From the NCBI GenBank assembly GCA_965231915.1, contig OZ246892.1, positions 2,320,891 through 2,384,890 of the forward strand: DNA of 64,000 nucleotides, given 5' to 3'. Position numbers and translations under genes: made by a program. Every line of letters begins with the position of its first letter. Position 1 is the first letter of the stretch. This stretch comes from Acidimicrobiales bacterium. GTDB taxonomy: Bacteria > Actinomycetota > Acidimicrobiia > Acidimicrobiales > Bin134. The notes beneath the pieces were generated by a model. The model ran no database searches and was not told the DNA's origin. It saw only the letters and a list, made by a program, of their open reading frames with translations. Below, piece after piece: positions 9,869-19,524 of the stretch.

Positions 9869-10720
9869 TTAGGGAAGCCCAGCTCCGGGAATCTCCACTC
9901 GCACGGTTTCGATCCGGGCTTGGCCAAGGCCTTGCACTTCATCAGGATGGGACCCCGGTGCAGTGACCAGAAAGAGGGTACGCCGGTCGTCTCCCCCCAG
10001 CATGACCGCGAAGCAGTTGAGCTCCGTGTCCACCCGGTGGGTGATCTCGCCCCCCTCAAGCACCCTCAGGGCGGCCCGGCCCACCGCGTCGGCGTACCAG
10101 ATGCCTCCCTCGGCGTCGTAGCAGCACCCGTCGGGGACGGTGCCGGGAACCGCAGCCCACAGACGCCGGTTTTCCAGTCGGCCTTCCGGCCCGATATCGA
10201 AGGCGGTGAACTGGGTTCCAAAGCTCTCGCCCACGATGTAGGTGGCGCCGTCGGGGGTGATCACCGCGCCGTTGGGAAATAGCAAGTCGCCGGCCGCAGC
10301 CTCAGCCGTACCGTCGGGCTGCACCAATGCCAAAGTGGCTGCGGCCACATCCTCACCGCCGTGCAGGTCGAACCCGAAGTTGCCCACATAGGCCCGACCC
10401 TCGGCATCCACCGTCATGTCGTTGCAGAGCGATGTGGCAATCTCCGATAAGTCGGCGTGCTCATGGAGGGCCACGCCGTCGTAGCGCATCACTCGGCGGT
10501 CCCTCATCGACACCACCAGCAGGTCGCCGTTTGGCATCCATCCCAAGCCTGAAGGCTGCCCCGGTACCTCAACGATTACCTCGACTGTGCCGCCCAGCGA
10601 AGCGGCATTCACGGCGTACTGGTAAAAGTCCGAGTACCAGAGCCGACCGTCATGCCACCGAGGCCCCTCGCCAAAATCGATTCCGCCGACGAAGGGCTCA
10701 GGGCTGGGAAGTATCTCCAT
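9869..10720 (-). CDS. SMP-30/gluconolactonase/LRE family protein
   Basis: FGEGPRW, CNDMTVD, FPNG and PDG motifs. ATG at 10720 is preferred over the TTG at 10732. Confidence 0.88.
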   Translation of the reverse strand: MEILPSPEPFVGGIDFGEGPRWHDGRLWYSDFYQYAVNAASLGGTVEVIVEVPGQPSGLGWMPNGDLLVVSMRDRRVMRYDGVALHEHADLSEIATSLCNDMTVDAEGRAYVGNFGFDLHGGEDVAAATLALVQPDGTAEAAAGDLLFPNGAVITPDGATYIVGESFGTQFTAFDIGPEGRLENRRLWAAVPGTVPDGCCYDAEGGIWYADAVGRAALRVLEGGEITHRVDTELNCFAVMLGGDDRRTLFLVTAPGSHPDEVQGLGQARIETVRVEIPGAGLP

Positions 10721-10740
10721 GCCGGGGGACAATAGCGACT
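10721..10740. promoter_or_regulatory. Overlapping bidirectional -10 elements for leaderless divergent genes
   Basis: 20-bp gap. GACAAT lies 7 nt before GTG 10741 (+), and TATTGT lies 8 nt before ATG 10720 (-). Confidence 0.45.
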
Positions 10741-11922
10741 GTGAACGAACTGGCTGTTGTAGACCTCACCGATCCGACATTCTGGTCGAACCCTTACCCG
10801 GCATTGGCCGAGGCCAGGGACCATCACCCGCTGGCCCGGGGAATCGATGGGAGCCTGATCGCCCTGAGCTTCGACGCAGTGGAGTCGGTGCTGAGGGACC
10901 CCCGATTCCTGACCACCGACTTGTTGGCGCCCCGGGGAATCACCGAGGGGCCCATTGCTGAGTGGTGGGGTCAGGTCATGTTTTCCGCCAATCCACCGGA
11001 GCACACCCGCCTGCGCCGACTGGTCAGCCGGGCGTTTACCCCTCGGGCGGTTGAGAGCCTTCGCCCCCGGGTAGTGGAGATCACCGAAGATTTGATGGAC
11101 AGCTTCACCGGCCACACTGCGGACGTGGTAGCCGAATTCGCCCACGAACTGCCGATCAGGGTGATGGCGGCCATGCTCGGGGTTCCTTCAGGCGATCACC
11201 GCCGCTTCGCGGCATGGACCGCAGATTTGGGTCTGGTCTTCTCCTCGGTCCATACCCCCGAGCTGCTAGACCGCCTGGAGAGGGCTATCAACGGCCTCAA
11301 CGAGTATGTCGCCGAGCTGATTGCCGATCGCCGAGCACAGCCCGGCGATGACATGCTCAGCGACCTCATCGCCGCCGAGGCTGACGGCGATGTATTGAGC
11401 GAGACTGAGTTGGTGGCCATGGTGGAGAACTTGCTCTTCGCCGGCCACGACACCACCCGATCAATGCTGATGATCGGGGTGGCACTGTTGCTGTCTCATC
11501 CAGATCAACGAGACTTGCTATGTGGCAAGCCTGGGCTGGCTGCCCAAGCGGTTGACGAGATCCTCCGCTTTGAAGCACCAGTTCTGGGATCGGGGCGGGA
11601 TTCGGCCGAGCCTCTGGAATTGTTCGGGGTGCCCGTGGCCCAGGGGGAGACAGTCACCACCATGTCTTTGGCGGCCAATCGCGACCCAGCCGCTTTCGAC
11701 GATCCCGACCGATTCGACATCGCTCGGCCAGGAGGCAAGCTGATGAGCTTCGGCCAAGGTATCCACTACTGCCTGGGCGCGGCCTTGGCTCGTCTGGAGG
11801 GTCAGGTGGCCTTTCCTATGCTGCTGGATCGTTACCCGCGAATCGAGTTGGCCGAAGAGCCGGAGTGGGTCCCCTACGCCTCCATCCGCCGTTTTGAGCA
11901 GCTCATGGTGGCGATAGGGTGA
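10741..11922 (+). CDS. Cytochrome P450
   Basis: HTRLRRLVSRAFTPR, AGHDTT, EILR, PDRFD and heme motif FGQGIHYCLG. The real start is probably the GTG at 10741. Confidence 0.93.
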   Translation: MNELAVVDLTDPTFWSNPYPALAEARDHHPLARGIDGSLIALSFDAVESVLRDPRFLTTDLLAPRGITEGPIAEWWGQVMFSANPPEHTRLRRLVSRAFTPRAVESLRPRVVEITEDLMDSFTGHTADVVAEFAHELPIRVMAAMLGVPSGDHRRFAAWTADLGLVFSSVHTPELLDRLERAINGLNEYVAELIADRRAQPGDDMLSDLIAAEADGDVLSETELVAMVENLLFAGHDTTRSMLMIGVALLLSHPDQRDLLCGKPGLAAQAVDEILRFEAPVLGSGRDSAEPLELFGVPVAQGETVTTMSLAANRDPAAFDDPDRFDIARPGGKLMSFGQGIHYCLGAALARLEGQVAFPMLLDRYPRIELAEEPEWVPYASIRRFEQLMVAIG

Positions 11923-11929
11923 ACTAGCC

Positions 11930-12829
11930 ATGCTGCACTGGGCAAAGAGTCGAGTAATCAACTCAGTAAGCGGCATGTTTGCCCACGCCGAGATGCCGTT
12001 GAAGAACACTGGCAACTTCCCCGGAGATCCGGGACTGTGCGGTCCAGATTCCATCAGCTGGCGGGTGATCGGCGATGTCAGCGTGTTCATCGGTGGAATT
12101 CGAGCGCTATTGATCCAGGCCGCCCACCCAGAAGTAGTGGCCGGGGTGGACGACCACAGCCGCTATCGAGACGATCCTCTCGGCCGGCTCAGCCGAACAT
12201 CGTTCTATGTCACATCGGCCACCTACGGTGCGATGCCTGAAGTAGCCGAGGCCATCAACCTGGTGAAGTCGGCCCACCAAGGCGTGAGCGGGACCTCGCA
12301 TCGGGGACAGGCCTACAGCGCATCAACCCCAGAGTTGGCCGCATGGGTCCACAACTCCCTCACCGATTCCTTCTTGGTGTCCTACCAGCACTTTGGAGGC
12401 CGCTTGACCGTGGACGAAGCCGACCAATTCGTGGTCGAGCAGATGAAGGTGGGGGAGATGCTGGGAGCGTCGCCCCTGCCGGCAACGGCGTCAGAGTTGA
12501 GTACCTGGATATCCGGGCACCCTGCACTGGCCTCCAGTCCGGGTATGCGTGACGCCATCAGATTCCTTCGGAAACCCCCGATCTCTACGGCCCAGCGGAC
12601 GGGGTACCAGGTGTTGATGAATGGAGCCATCACCACAATTCCCCGTGAGTTGACCACGGTCTTGGGCCTGACCGCCGCCCCTGGAGCCCGAGTGGCCGCC
12701 ACCGCGATGATCCTCGGGCTTCGACGGGTGATGATGAACAGTCCCGCGTGGCAGGCAGCACTGGAGCGGTGTGATGTCTCCTACGATCCCCGGCTCTTTC
12801 GCGACAAACGGGAAGAGGAAGCCGCTTAG
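11930..12829 (+). CDS. Oxygenase MpaB family (DUF2236) protein
   Basis: GPDSISWRV, ALLIQAAHP, DPLGRL, AWVH motifs. Confidence 0.82.
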   Translation: MLHWAKSRVINSVSGMFAHAEMPLKNTGNFPGDPGLCGPDSISWRVIGDVSVFIGGIRALLIQAAHPEVVAGVDDHSRYRDDPLGRLSRTSFYVTSATYGAMPEVAEAINLVKSAHQGVSGTSHRGQAYSASTPELAAWVHNSLTDSFLVSYQHFGGRLTVDEADQFVVEQMKVGEMLGASPLPATASELSTWISGHPALASSPGMRDAIRFLRKPPISTAQRTGYQVLMNGAITTIPRELTTVLGLTAAPGARVAATAMILGLRRVMMNSPAWQAALERCDVSYDPRLFRDKREEEAA

Positions 12830-14025
12830 GAGGCCAATACGCCAGCCAGGTTGTCGCGCATGATCATCCGGACCTCAGTATCGGACATGCCAACCAGGGA
12901 TTCCGTGAAGTCCAGCGGTTCGGCCAGGCCCTCGGCGTGGGGCCAGTCGGAGCCGAACAGCACCTGCGAGGTTCCGATGGTGGCAGCCAGTTCGGCGATC
13001 GGCTCCTCGTGGTAGGGAGACACGAACACATGGCGGCGGAATATGTCGCTGGGTTTTTCGGTTAAGGGGCCTCGCAGCCACGGCCCGTTGCGGCCCATGC
13101 GGTTCATTTTGTTCATGGCGGCCATCAGGTAGTCCACCCACAGGCTGCCGTTCTCCACGCTCATTACTCGAACGTTGGGGAACGCAGTGAAGAGGTTGGC
13201 GTAGATCAGGGCGGCGATAGTCTCCATTATCGGACGGTCGCCGTAGAAGCAGGTCCACTGCAAGGCGGATTGGCGGTGCGAGGGGGGATTGGGATCCTCT
13301 CCCCAGTACACCGACATCGACTGGTTGTAGCCCGACTCGCCAATGTGGAATCCGACCACCGCCCGGGCTTCGTTGATCCGAGCCCAGAATGGGTCGAACA
13401 CCGGGTCGGCGATGTTGCGGCCCCCGGCGGGTCCGGGGCGCAGGGACACGATTCGAGCTCCTCTATCCAGGGCCCACTCCAACTCCGCTACTGCCCGGTC
13501 GGAGTCGACGAGCGACAGCAGGGGAGGGGCGTGGATGCGGCCGTCCCGATTGAACCCCCATTCGTCGTCCAACCAGCGGTTGAAGGCCGCCAGATTGGCG
13601 TACAGAAGGTCGGGGTCATCGACCATGAAGTGCTCCACGCACACGGCCAGTGTGGGGAAGAGCACAGCAGCCTCCACACCCTGGGCGTCGAGGACCTCGA
13701 CCCGAGCGGCGCGGGTCACGTATTCGGGGCGGTGAGGCTCGGAGACCTGGCTGCGTTTGACCACTTGGCCTCCGCCCTGGCCCTGCTTCATGGCTTGGAG
13801 CATCTCCCGCAGCATTCCCGGCTTGGGAGCGGTGTCGAAGCTGCGGTGCTCCAAGAAGGTGAACCGCTGGTCGCCGATATACACCTCCTCAGAGCCGTCG
13901 GGCTCGATCACGGGGCGCACTGCCCGGTCAGCGAAGGACGGATCGATATATCGGGTGAAAGCGTCGCGGGGTTCGTAGTAGTGATTGTCGGCGTCGAACA
14001 CCTGATATCCCAGATCCATGCGCAC
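12826..14025 (-). CDS. Amidohydrolase family protein (Amidohydro_2)
   Basis: DADNHYYE, LFPT, FGSDWPHAEG. Confidence 0.88.
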   Translation of the reverse strand: MRMDLGYQVFDADNHYYEPRDAFTRYIDPSFADRAVRPVIEPDGSEEVYIGDQRFTFLEHRSFDTAPKPGMLREMLQAMKQGQGGGQVVKRSQVSEPHRPEYVTRAARVEVLDAQGVEAAVLFPTLAVCVEHFMVDDPDLLYANLAAFNRWLDDEWGFNRDGRIHAPPLLSLVDSDRAVAELEWALDRGARIVSLRPGPAGGRNIADPVFDPFWARINEARAVVGFHIGESGYNQSMSVYWGEDPNPPSHRQSALQWTCFYGDRPIMETIAALIYANLFTAFPNVRVMSVENGSLWVDYLMAAMNKMNRMGRNGPWLRGPLTEKPSDIFRRHVFVSPYHEEPIAELAATIGTSQVLFGSDWPHAEGLAEPLDFTESLVGMSDTEVRMIMRDNLAGVLAS

Positions 14026-14100
14026 AGGTTAGGGCTGCATGAGGATGGCAAGTAGGGTGGCGCCGGCAATCACCGCCCGATCAGCGAAGGAGACACCGAG

Positions 14101-14898
14101 ATGGGACGGCTGGACGGCAAAGTAGCAATCATCACTGGAGCAGCCCGGGGGCAGGGTGAGGCCGAGGCCCGGCTGTTCGCATCTGAGGGGGCCAAAGTGG
14201 TGCTGGGTGATGTCCTGGACGACGACGGCAAGCAGGTGGCGGCCAGCATCGGTGAGAACGCTCGCTACGTACACCTCGACGTGGCCCAAGAGGGCGACTG
14301 GGCCGCGGCGGTGGAAGCGGCCGCCAGCATGGGATCGCTGACGGTCCTGGTCAACAACGCGGCCATCCTCAGGCCGGCAGCCATTGAGGCCACCACCCTG
14401 GAGGACTACATGGAGGTCATCAATGTCAACCAAGTGGGCACGTTCCTGGGCATGAAGGCCGTGCTTGAGCCCATGAAAATGGCCGGCGGGGGCTCCATCG
14501 TGAACATCAGCTCCATCGACGGCCAGCAGTCCAAGAACGGCCTCATCAGCTACACCGCCTCGAAATTCGCCATCCGGGGCATGACCAAGACCGCGGCCAT
14601 CGAGTGGGGCCGGTTCGACATCAGGGTCAACTCCATCCACCCGGGCGGGGTGAACACTCCCATGGGCAACCCCATGAATGATCCTCGGGCCGAGAAGGAG
14701 CCCTACGTCTTCCAGGCCATTCCCCGGGTCGGCGAGCCCATTGAGATTGCCTACGCCGCCCTCTTCTTGGCCAGCGACGAGGCATCTTACGTCACCGGCG
14801 CCGAACTGAATGTGGACGGCGGCTGGCGAGCCGGAGCGGTCACCCCCGGCCTTCCCGGCACCGATCATGTGGTCGACTACGGCTACAACCCCGACTGA
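14101..14898 (+). CDS. SDR, 3-alpha(20-beta)-hydroxysteroid dehydrogenase-like
   Basis: TGAARGQG, NNAA, YTASKFAIRGMTK, RVNSIHPG. RBS GGAG upstream. Confidence 0.88.
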   Translation: MGRLDGKVAIITGAARGQGEAEARLFASEGAKVVLGDVLDDDGKQVAASIGENARYVHLDVAQEGDWAAAVEAAASMGSLTVLVNNAAILRPAAIEATTLEDYMEVINVNQVGTFLGMKAVLEPMKMAGGGSIVNISSIDGQQSKNGLISYTASKFAIRGMTKTAAIEWGRFDIRVNSIHPGGVNTPMGNPMNDPRAEKEPYVFQAIPRVGEPIEIAYAALFLASDEASYVTGAELNVDGGWRAGAVTPGLPGTDHVVDYGYNPD

Positions 14899-14922
14899 CG
14901 CGTTCGGTTTCCTGTACTCACA

Positions 14923-15591
14923 TTGAGCCAAAAGCCACTCTGGGAAGCCCCCAGCGCTGCTTCCAGTCCCGACTACGGCGCTGGCATCGAGCGTCTGAAA
15001 ATGGCCGGGGCGGCCCGGCGGCTCTTGAACGCTGCCAGGGTAACGGCGGTCGACGATGGCGCGGTCTCCGAAGCCACCGATCTGCTGGAACAAGCGGCCA
15101 AGCTCTTGGAGGCCGCCCAGATGGAAGGGCTCCACCGCCAAGGGGTGATGGGAGATCTAGAAGCCGGTTTCGAATCACGCGACCCGATGCAGTTCTTCCC
15201 TTACAGCCCGATCATCGGACGGTTGAACCCGGCCTCGCCTCCCGCTGAATTCTGGGCTGAGGGAGAGGAAGTCCACGGAACCATGAACCTGTCCGCGGTC
15301 TACGCCGGCCCGCCGGGGATGGTCCATGGGGGGATTATCGCCATGATCTTCGACGAACTGTTGGGCGTGGTCAACGTGGTCAACGGCCAAGGGGGATATA
15401 CCGGAACGCTGAAGGTGGTGTACCAGCGGCCCACCCCGCTGCTCAAGGAAATCACCCTCAGGGCCTGGCCATCGGGCAGCGAGGGACGGAAGCTGTATGT
15501 GTCGGGTGAGATGGTCTGCGACGGGACGGTGACCGCTTCCGCTGAGGGAACATTCATACGGGCAAACCGGCTACTCATCGACGACCTTTAG
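14923..15591 (+). CDS. PaaI family thioesterase (hotdog fold)
   Basis: GPPGMVHGGIIAMIFDELLG; YQRPTPL. Confidence 0.85.
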   Translation: MSQKPLWEAPSAASSPDYGAGIERLKMAGAARRLLNAARVTAVDDGAVSEATDLLEQAAKLLEAAQMEGLHRQGVMGDLEAGFESRDPMQFFPYSPIIGRLNPASPPAEFWAEGEEVHGTMNLSAVYAGPPGMVHGGIIAMIFDELLGVVNVVNGQGGYTGTLKVVYQRPTPLLKEITLRAWPSGSEGRKLYVSGEMVCDGTVTASAEGTFIRANRLLIDDL

Positions 15592-15624
15592 TCCACGAAA
15601 AGCACATCAACCAGGGGAGAACCA

Positions 15625-16707
15625 ATGACCGACACCCGATTTGAAACCAGCGCCGCGGTTCAAGAGCTGCTCGACACCATGAAGGCCCTAGACCAGGAGT
15701 TCTTGGCGGGTCCAAAAGCGCTGGCCGACGACCAAGCTGTGCTTGAGGGCTATCGGTGGATCTTCTCCATCACCCAGGTGGCGCTCGACGTGTACGTATG
15801 GGCCGATACCAGCCGCCCCCGGTTCACCGAGATCGTCGGCCCGTACAAGAAGTGGGGCGGGGACAACTCCGACGCCTTCTACTTCATGACCCGGGTCGAT
15901 CCTTCCCGCACTTATCGGGTGACTGTGGACCCCGGCGACGCGGTGTACCTATCGCTCACTGTGTACGGCGGCCCCGACGACGGCCGCTACTCCGAGCGTA
16001 TCGTCGGGACGCTCAACACCACGCAGATGACACCCAACCCCGACGGCATCTACGAGATGATCGTCAGTCCAAACGACCACGACGGCAATTTCTTAAAGCT
16101 GGCCCCCGACGCGGTCGTGGCTTGCACCCGCGACTACATGGACGACCCGGTGAGCGGGGAGAAGGCCCGCTGGCGCATCGAGTGTCTGGACCCGGCCCCA
16201 GCGTGGAGCGACGTGCACACCGATGCCGAAGTGGCACGGCGCTTCCAGGCTGCCACTACCTGGGTGAAGGAGCAGGCCGCCATGGTCCCGATCCCGCTGG
16301 GCACGCTCAACCATATTGACGACCCGTTCCCCGTACCCACCGAGACCTTCGGCTGGGCCGCGGGGGACGCCTCTTACGCCATGGGTGCGTTCGAGTTGGA
16401 TGACGACGAGGCACTGGTGTTAAAGGGTGTCTCACCGGATTGCGCTTTCTGGAACATGTGTCTGTGGAACCAGTTCCTGCACTGCTTCAACTACGACTAC
16501 GACGACGTCACCACCAACGGCTCAAAGGTGGAGTTGGACCCCGACGGTTCGTGGACCATCGTGATCGCGGCGAACGATCCGGGCGTGCCCAATTGGGTGT
16601 CCACCCAGGGTCGGCCCCACGGGCGCATCTGGTTCCGCTGGTTCCTGCCCGAGCGGACGCCCGACCCCATCAGCGCCGAGGTGGTGAAGCTGGCCGAGTT
16701 GGGCTAG
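15625..16707 (+). CDS. DUF1214-like protein
   Basis: KKWGGDNSDAFY, YLSLTVY, DPDGSWTIVIA..DPGVPNW, WFRW. RBS GGGGAG upstream. Confidence 0.7.
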   Translation: MTDTRFETSAAVQELLDTMKALDQEFLAGPKALADDQAVLEGYRWIFSITQVALDVYVWADTSRPRFTEIVGPYKKWGGDNSDAFYFMTRVDPSRTYRVTVDPGDAVYLSLTVYGGPDDGRYSERIVGTLNTTQMTPNPDGIYEMIVSPNDHDGNFLKLAPDAVVACTRDYMDDPVSGEKARWRIECLDPAPAWSDVHTDAEVARRFQAATTWVKEQAAMVPIPLGTLNHIDDPFPVPTETFGWAAGDASYAMGAFELDDDEALVLKGVSPDCAFWNMCLWNQFLHCFNYDYDDVTTNGSKVELDPDGSWTIVIAANDPGVPNWVSTQGRPHGRIWFRWFLPERTPDPISAEVVKLAELG

Positions 16708-17963
16708 TGCTCCAGCTCAATGGCGAAGCGGTCGGTGTAGAAGCTGAGGGCTTGACGGCGCTCTTCGGCGGTCATGCCGAAGTCGGCTAGGTCGTAGATC
16801 ACCCGGCCGTGCTTGCCGCGGGGGTGGTCGTCCATATAGGAGTCCATGGCGGCCCTAATGTCTTGGGTAAACGGCTGGTCGGCCAGCTTGTAGATGCGCT
16901 CTACCATGGCCACGTCGTCGGCCATGAATTCATGGAACAAGACGTCGATGGACTGTTCTGGGGGCACCAGGTCGCGGTCGTCGGTGCACGACTGGAGCAT
17001 GTCGGCGATGAGCTGAGCCCACCACTGGCCAATGCCGTGTATGTCCACCGGATGGGTAGCGCTCATGCGGGCCGAGTAGCAGATCATGGTGGCGAACGAG
17101 GCGGTGATCGACACCGGATCGCGGTGGGTGAATACGACGGTGGCGTCGCCAAAGACGTTCATTAGGGGGCCAATCTGCTCCAGATGCTGCGGCGACTTGA
17201 GCACCCAGCGCTCCCGGGGTGGGCGCTGGTGGGTGAGCACTTTCAGTATCCGCTTGAGGTACTGGTAATGGGGAGTCTGGTCGTGCTCCTTGTAGTAGGA
17301 CCGCCACGTGGGCAGAACGGCCAAACAATCAAAGAGCATGGTGGAGAAGTCGATGCCCAGAAGGTGGATCTCCTCGTGGACGTGATCCCAAGTCATCTCG
17401 TGCATGCGGGCGTAGTGGGGCATGGCCGTGTTGTGAATCACCAGGCCGTTCTTGGCTCGCTCGATGCGGCCTTCAACCGTTCCGGCCTCCTCGGGAGGGG
17501 GAACCGGCTCCATTGCCTCCCACCAGGGCAGAGACCGCAGCGCGGGGTCAGCCGAGATGAGGTTGTGCAAATGGGTAGTACCGGTTCGGGGCAGCCCGGC
17601 GATGACGATGGGCTGGTCGATGGGGACATCTAGAGCATCGGGGTGGTCCTTGATGTACTGCTCGATGCGCAGTCGATTTGCGGCAAACGTGGTGAGCTGG
17701 CTGAAGCTGCTCACCCGGCCCATGGGAGAGTGGTCGGCCTCCGTGTCCAATGAGTGGCACAGCACCTCCAGCGGGGCCCGGAACTCGTCGGGGCCGAAGT
17801 CGCTTAACCCGGTTTGAGCGGTGGCCGCCCCCAGAATCGCCTCAGGGCTCAGCTCGATCTGATCGGCCATGGGAGCCGTCTGCTCCATCATTTGAACGAT
17901 CTCAGGAGCAAGTACCGGATCTACGAGATCTTCAATGCGAATAGGGTCAGGTCGGTTGCTCAC
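16704..17963 (-). CDS. Sulfotransferase family protein (Stf0/Sulfotransfer_3-like)
   Basis: PAPS-binding loop IAGLPRTGTTHL, WVLKSPQH, THRDP. Start at GTG 17963, preceded by a -10-like TATCCT. Confidence 0.88.
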   Translation of the reverse strand: MSNRPDPIRIEDLVDPVLAPEIVQMMEQTAPMADQIELSPEAILGAATAQTGLSDFGPDEFRAPLEVLCHSLDTEADHSPMGRVSSFSQLTTFAANRLRIEQYIKDHPDALDVPIDQPIVIAGLPRTGTTHLHNLISADPALRSLPWWEAMEPVPPPEEAGTVEGRIERAKNGLVIHNTAMPHYARMHEMTWDHVHEEIHLLGIDFSTMLFDCLAVLPTWRSYYKEHDQTPHYQYLKRILKVLTHQRPPRERWVLKSPQHLEQIGPLMNVFGDATVVFTHRDPVSITASFATMICYSARMSATHPVDIHGIGQWWAQLIADMLQSCTDDRDLVPPEQSIDVLFHEFMADDVAMVERIYKLADQPFTQDIRAAMDSYMDDHPRGKHGRVIYDLADFGMTAEERRQALSFYTDRFAIELEH

Positions 17964-17988
17964 GTCCGGCAGGATAATCTCACTGCGC
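17964..17988. promoter_or_regulatory. Overlapping bidirectional -10 elements for leaderless divergent genes
   Basis: 25-bp gap. TAATCT lies 8 nt before ATG 17989 (+), and TATCCT lies 7 nt before GTG 17963 (-). Confidence 0.5.
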
Positions 17989-18759
17989 ATGGATCTAGGA
18001 CTCCAGGAAGCCCGGGTGATTGTGACCGGGGGTAGCCGGGGCATCGGAGCGGCTGCATCCAGGATCTTTGGCGATGAGGGGGCTCGCGTGGCGGTTGTGG
18101 CCCGCACCGGTGCCGATGTGGAGGCAGTGGCCGCGGAAATTGGTGGGATCCCGGTGATCGCCGACTTGTCAACTGCCGCCGGGGTGGTGGCGGCCATGGA
18201 CGAGGCCATGGATCAACTGGGAGGTGTGGACGTTTTAGTCAACAATGCCGGCTCCTCCACCAGGGGCTCGATTCTCGACGCCGACGATGAGGCTTGGCAG
18301 GAGACAATTGACCTGAAGCTCATGGGGTATGTGCGGGCCATGCGAGCGGTGCTGCCGGCGATGCAGCAGCAGGGCTCGGGTTCAATTGTGAACGTGCTCG
18401 GGGTGGCCGGCACGGAGGCATCGCCTGGCTATGTGCTGGCTTGCATCGTGACCGCGCTGACACATGTGACTGCTTCGGCGGGACAACTGGTGGCCCCCGA
18501 CGGGGTCCGGGTGGTGGCAGTGCACCCCGGGCCCACGGCCACCGACCGATTGATGGAGATGGTGGCCAGTGCCGCTGAAGCCCAGGGGCTGAGCCCCCAG
18601 GAATTCGCCGACAAAGTGCTCGGCGGCCGGATTCCCCAGGGCCGGGTGGGCCGAGCCGACGAGGTGGCCCGGACAATTGTGTTCGCGGCCTCTGAGGCCT
18701 CCGGATTCACCAACGCCAGCCAGCTGTATGTGGACGGAGGCTCAGCGGCCAAGATCTGA
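17989..18759 (+). CDS. Atypical SDR family oxidoreductase
   Basis: TGGSRGIG, NNAG and VDGG are present. The catalytic YxxxK is replaced by YVLAC. Confidence 0.8.
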   Translation: MDLGLQEARVIVTGGSRGIGAAASRIFGDEGARVAVVARTGADVEAVAAEIGGIPVIADLSTAAGVVAAMDEAMDQLGGVDVLVNNAGSSTRGSILDADDEAWQETIDLKLMGYVRAMRAVLPAMQQQGSGSIVNVLGVAGTEASPGYVLACIVTALTHVTASAGQLVAPDGVRVVAVHPGPTATDRLMEMVASAAEAQGLSPQEFADKVLGGRIPQGRVGRADEVARTIVFAASEASGFTNASQLYVDGGSAAKI

Positions 18760-18784
18760 GTCGCAACAGAAAGGGAAGAGATCA

Positions 18785-19510
18785 ATGCCCCAACATGTGC
18801 CCGAGATCGAGTGGACCGAGGATGCCCTGGAACTGAGGAAATTCGTGTTCGACTTCTGGGGAGAGAACAAGCGAGCCCCCAATCTGGCCGCCATGCACGC
18901 CGGGACCGGAATCGAACGGCGCCGCTTGATGGAGGCGCTCAAGCTCCTTCAGTTGGGGATCGTGTTCGTGATCGACGACGGTTCGCCAAACTGCGACATC
19001 TTGAAGGCCCCGCCGTTCTCGGCGTTTCCCAGCCAGGTGGAGATGTTCATCGACGGGGAGTTTCACAGCTATATCGGGTGTGCTCATGAGGGGATCGGCG
19101 TGTCGTGGACCCCGTACTTCCGGGGCAAGGAAGTGGAATTGCGGACCTATGACGCCCACACGCTGGAGCCCATCACCTTGGTGTCGAGGGACTTCAAGCT
19201 GATCTCAGCTGAGCCCTCTGAACCCCTGATTCTGTGCACCGAGGTGATTTGGGACTGGGTGAGCACCGACATGAAGCACATGTGCGACCACACCAACTTC
19301 GTGTTGAACCGTGAGAACGGGGCCGCCTACGAGGCGTCGATCGGCCGGCGAGGCATCTACTTCACCGTCGACCAGGTGGCCGAGTACATCGCTTTCGTGC
19401 TGAACATCCGGATCTACGACTACCACTGGCCGGCCATGACCATGGATCCCCCCATGATCATCGACCGGCTGCGAGAGCTAGACGTCGACCTGAGCCCTTG
19501 GGGGTTATGA
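18785..19510 (+). CDS. MerB (organomercurial lyase)-like protein
   Basis: N-terminal HTH-like region, ILKAPPFSAFPS, YIGCAHEGIG (cf. CAxD), EPITL, second Cys in HMCDH, C-terminal LDVDLSPW. Confidence 0.6.
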   Translation: MPQHVPEIEWTEDALELRKFVFDFWGENKRAPNLAAMHAGTGIERRRLMEALKLLQLGIVFVIDDGSPNCDILKAPPFSAFPSQVEMFIDGEFHSYIGCAHEGIGVSWTPYFRGKEVELRTYDAHTLEPITLVSRDFKLISAEPSEPLILCTEVIWDWVSTDMKHMCDHTNFVLNRENGAAYEASIGRRGIYFTVDQVAEYIAFVLNIRIYDYHWPAMTMDPPMIIDRLRELDVDLSPWGL

Positions 19511-19524
19511 GGCAGGGAGCCTGT

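Noticed and set aside
10327-10740. Long N-terminal extensions in the ORF track (P450, sulfotransferase, ICL, SDR 25111, TadC, LON-N)
   Set aside because: They overlap genuine opposite-strand or upstream genes and have no family similarity. Downstream starts have -10 or RBS support.
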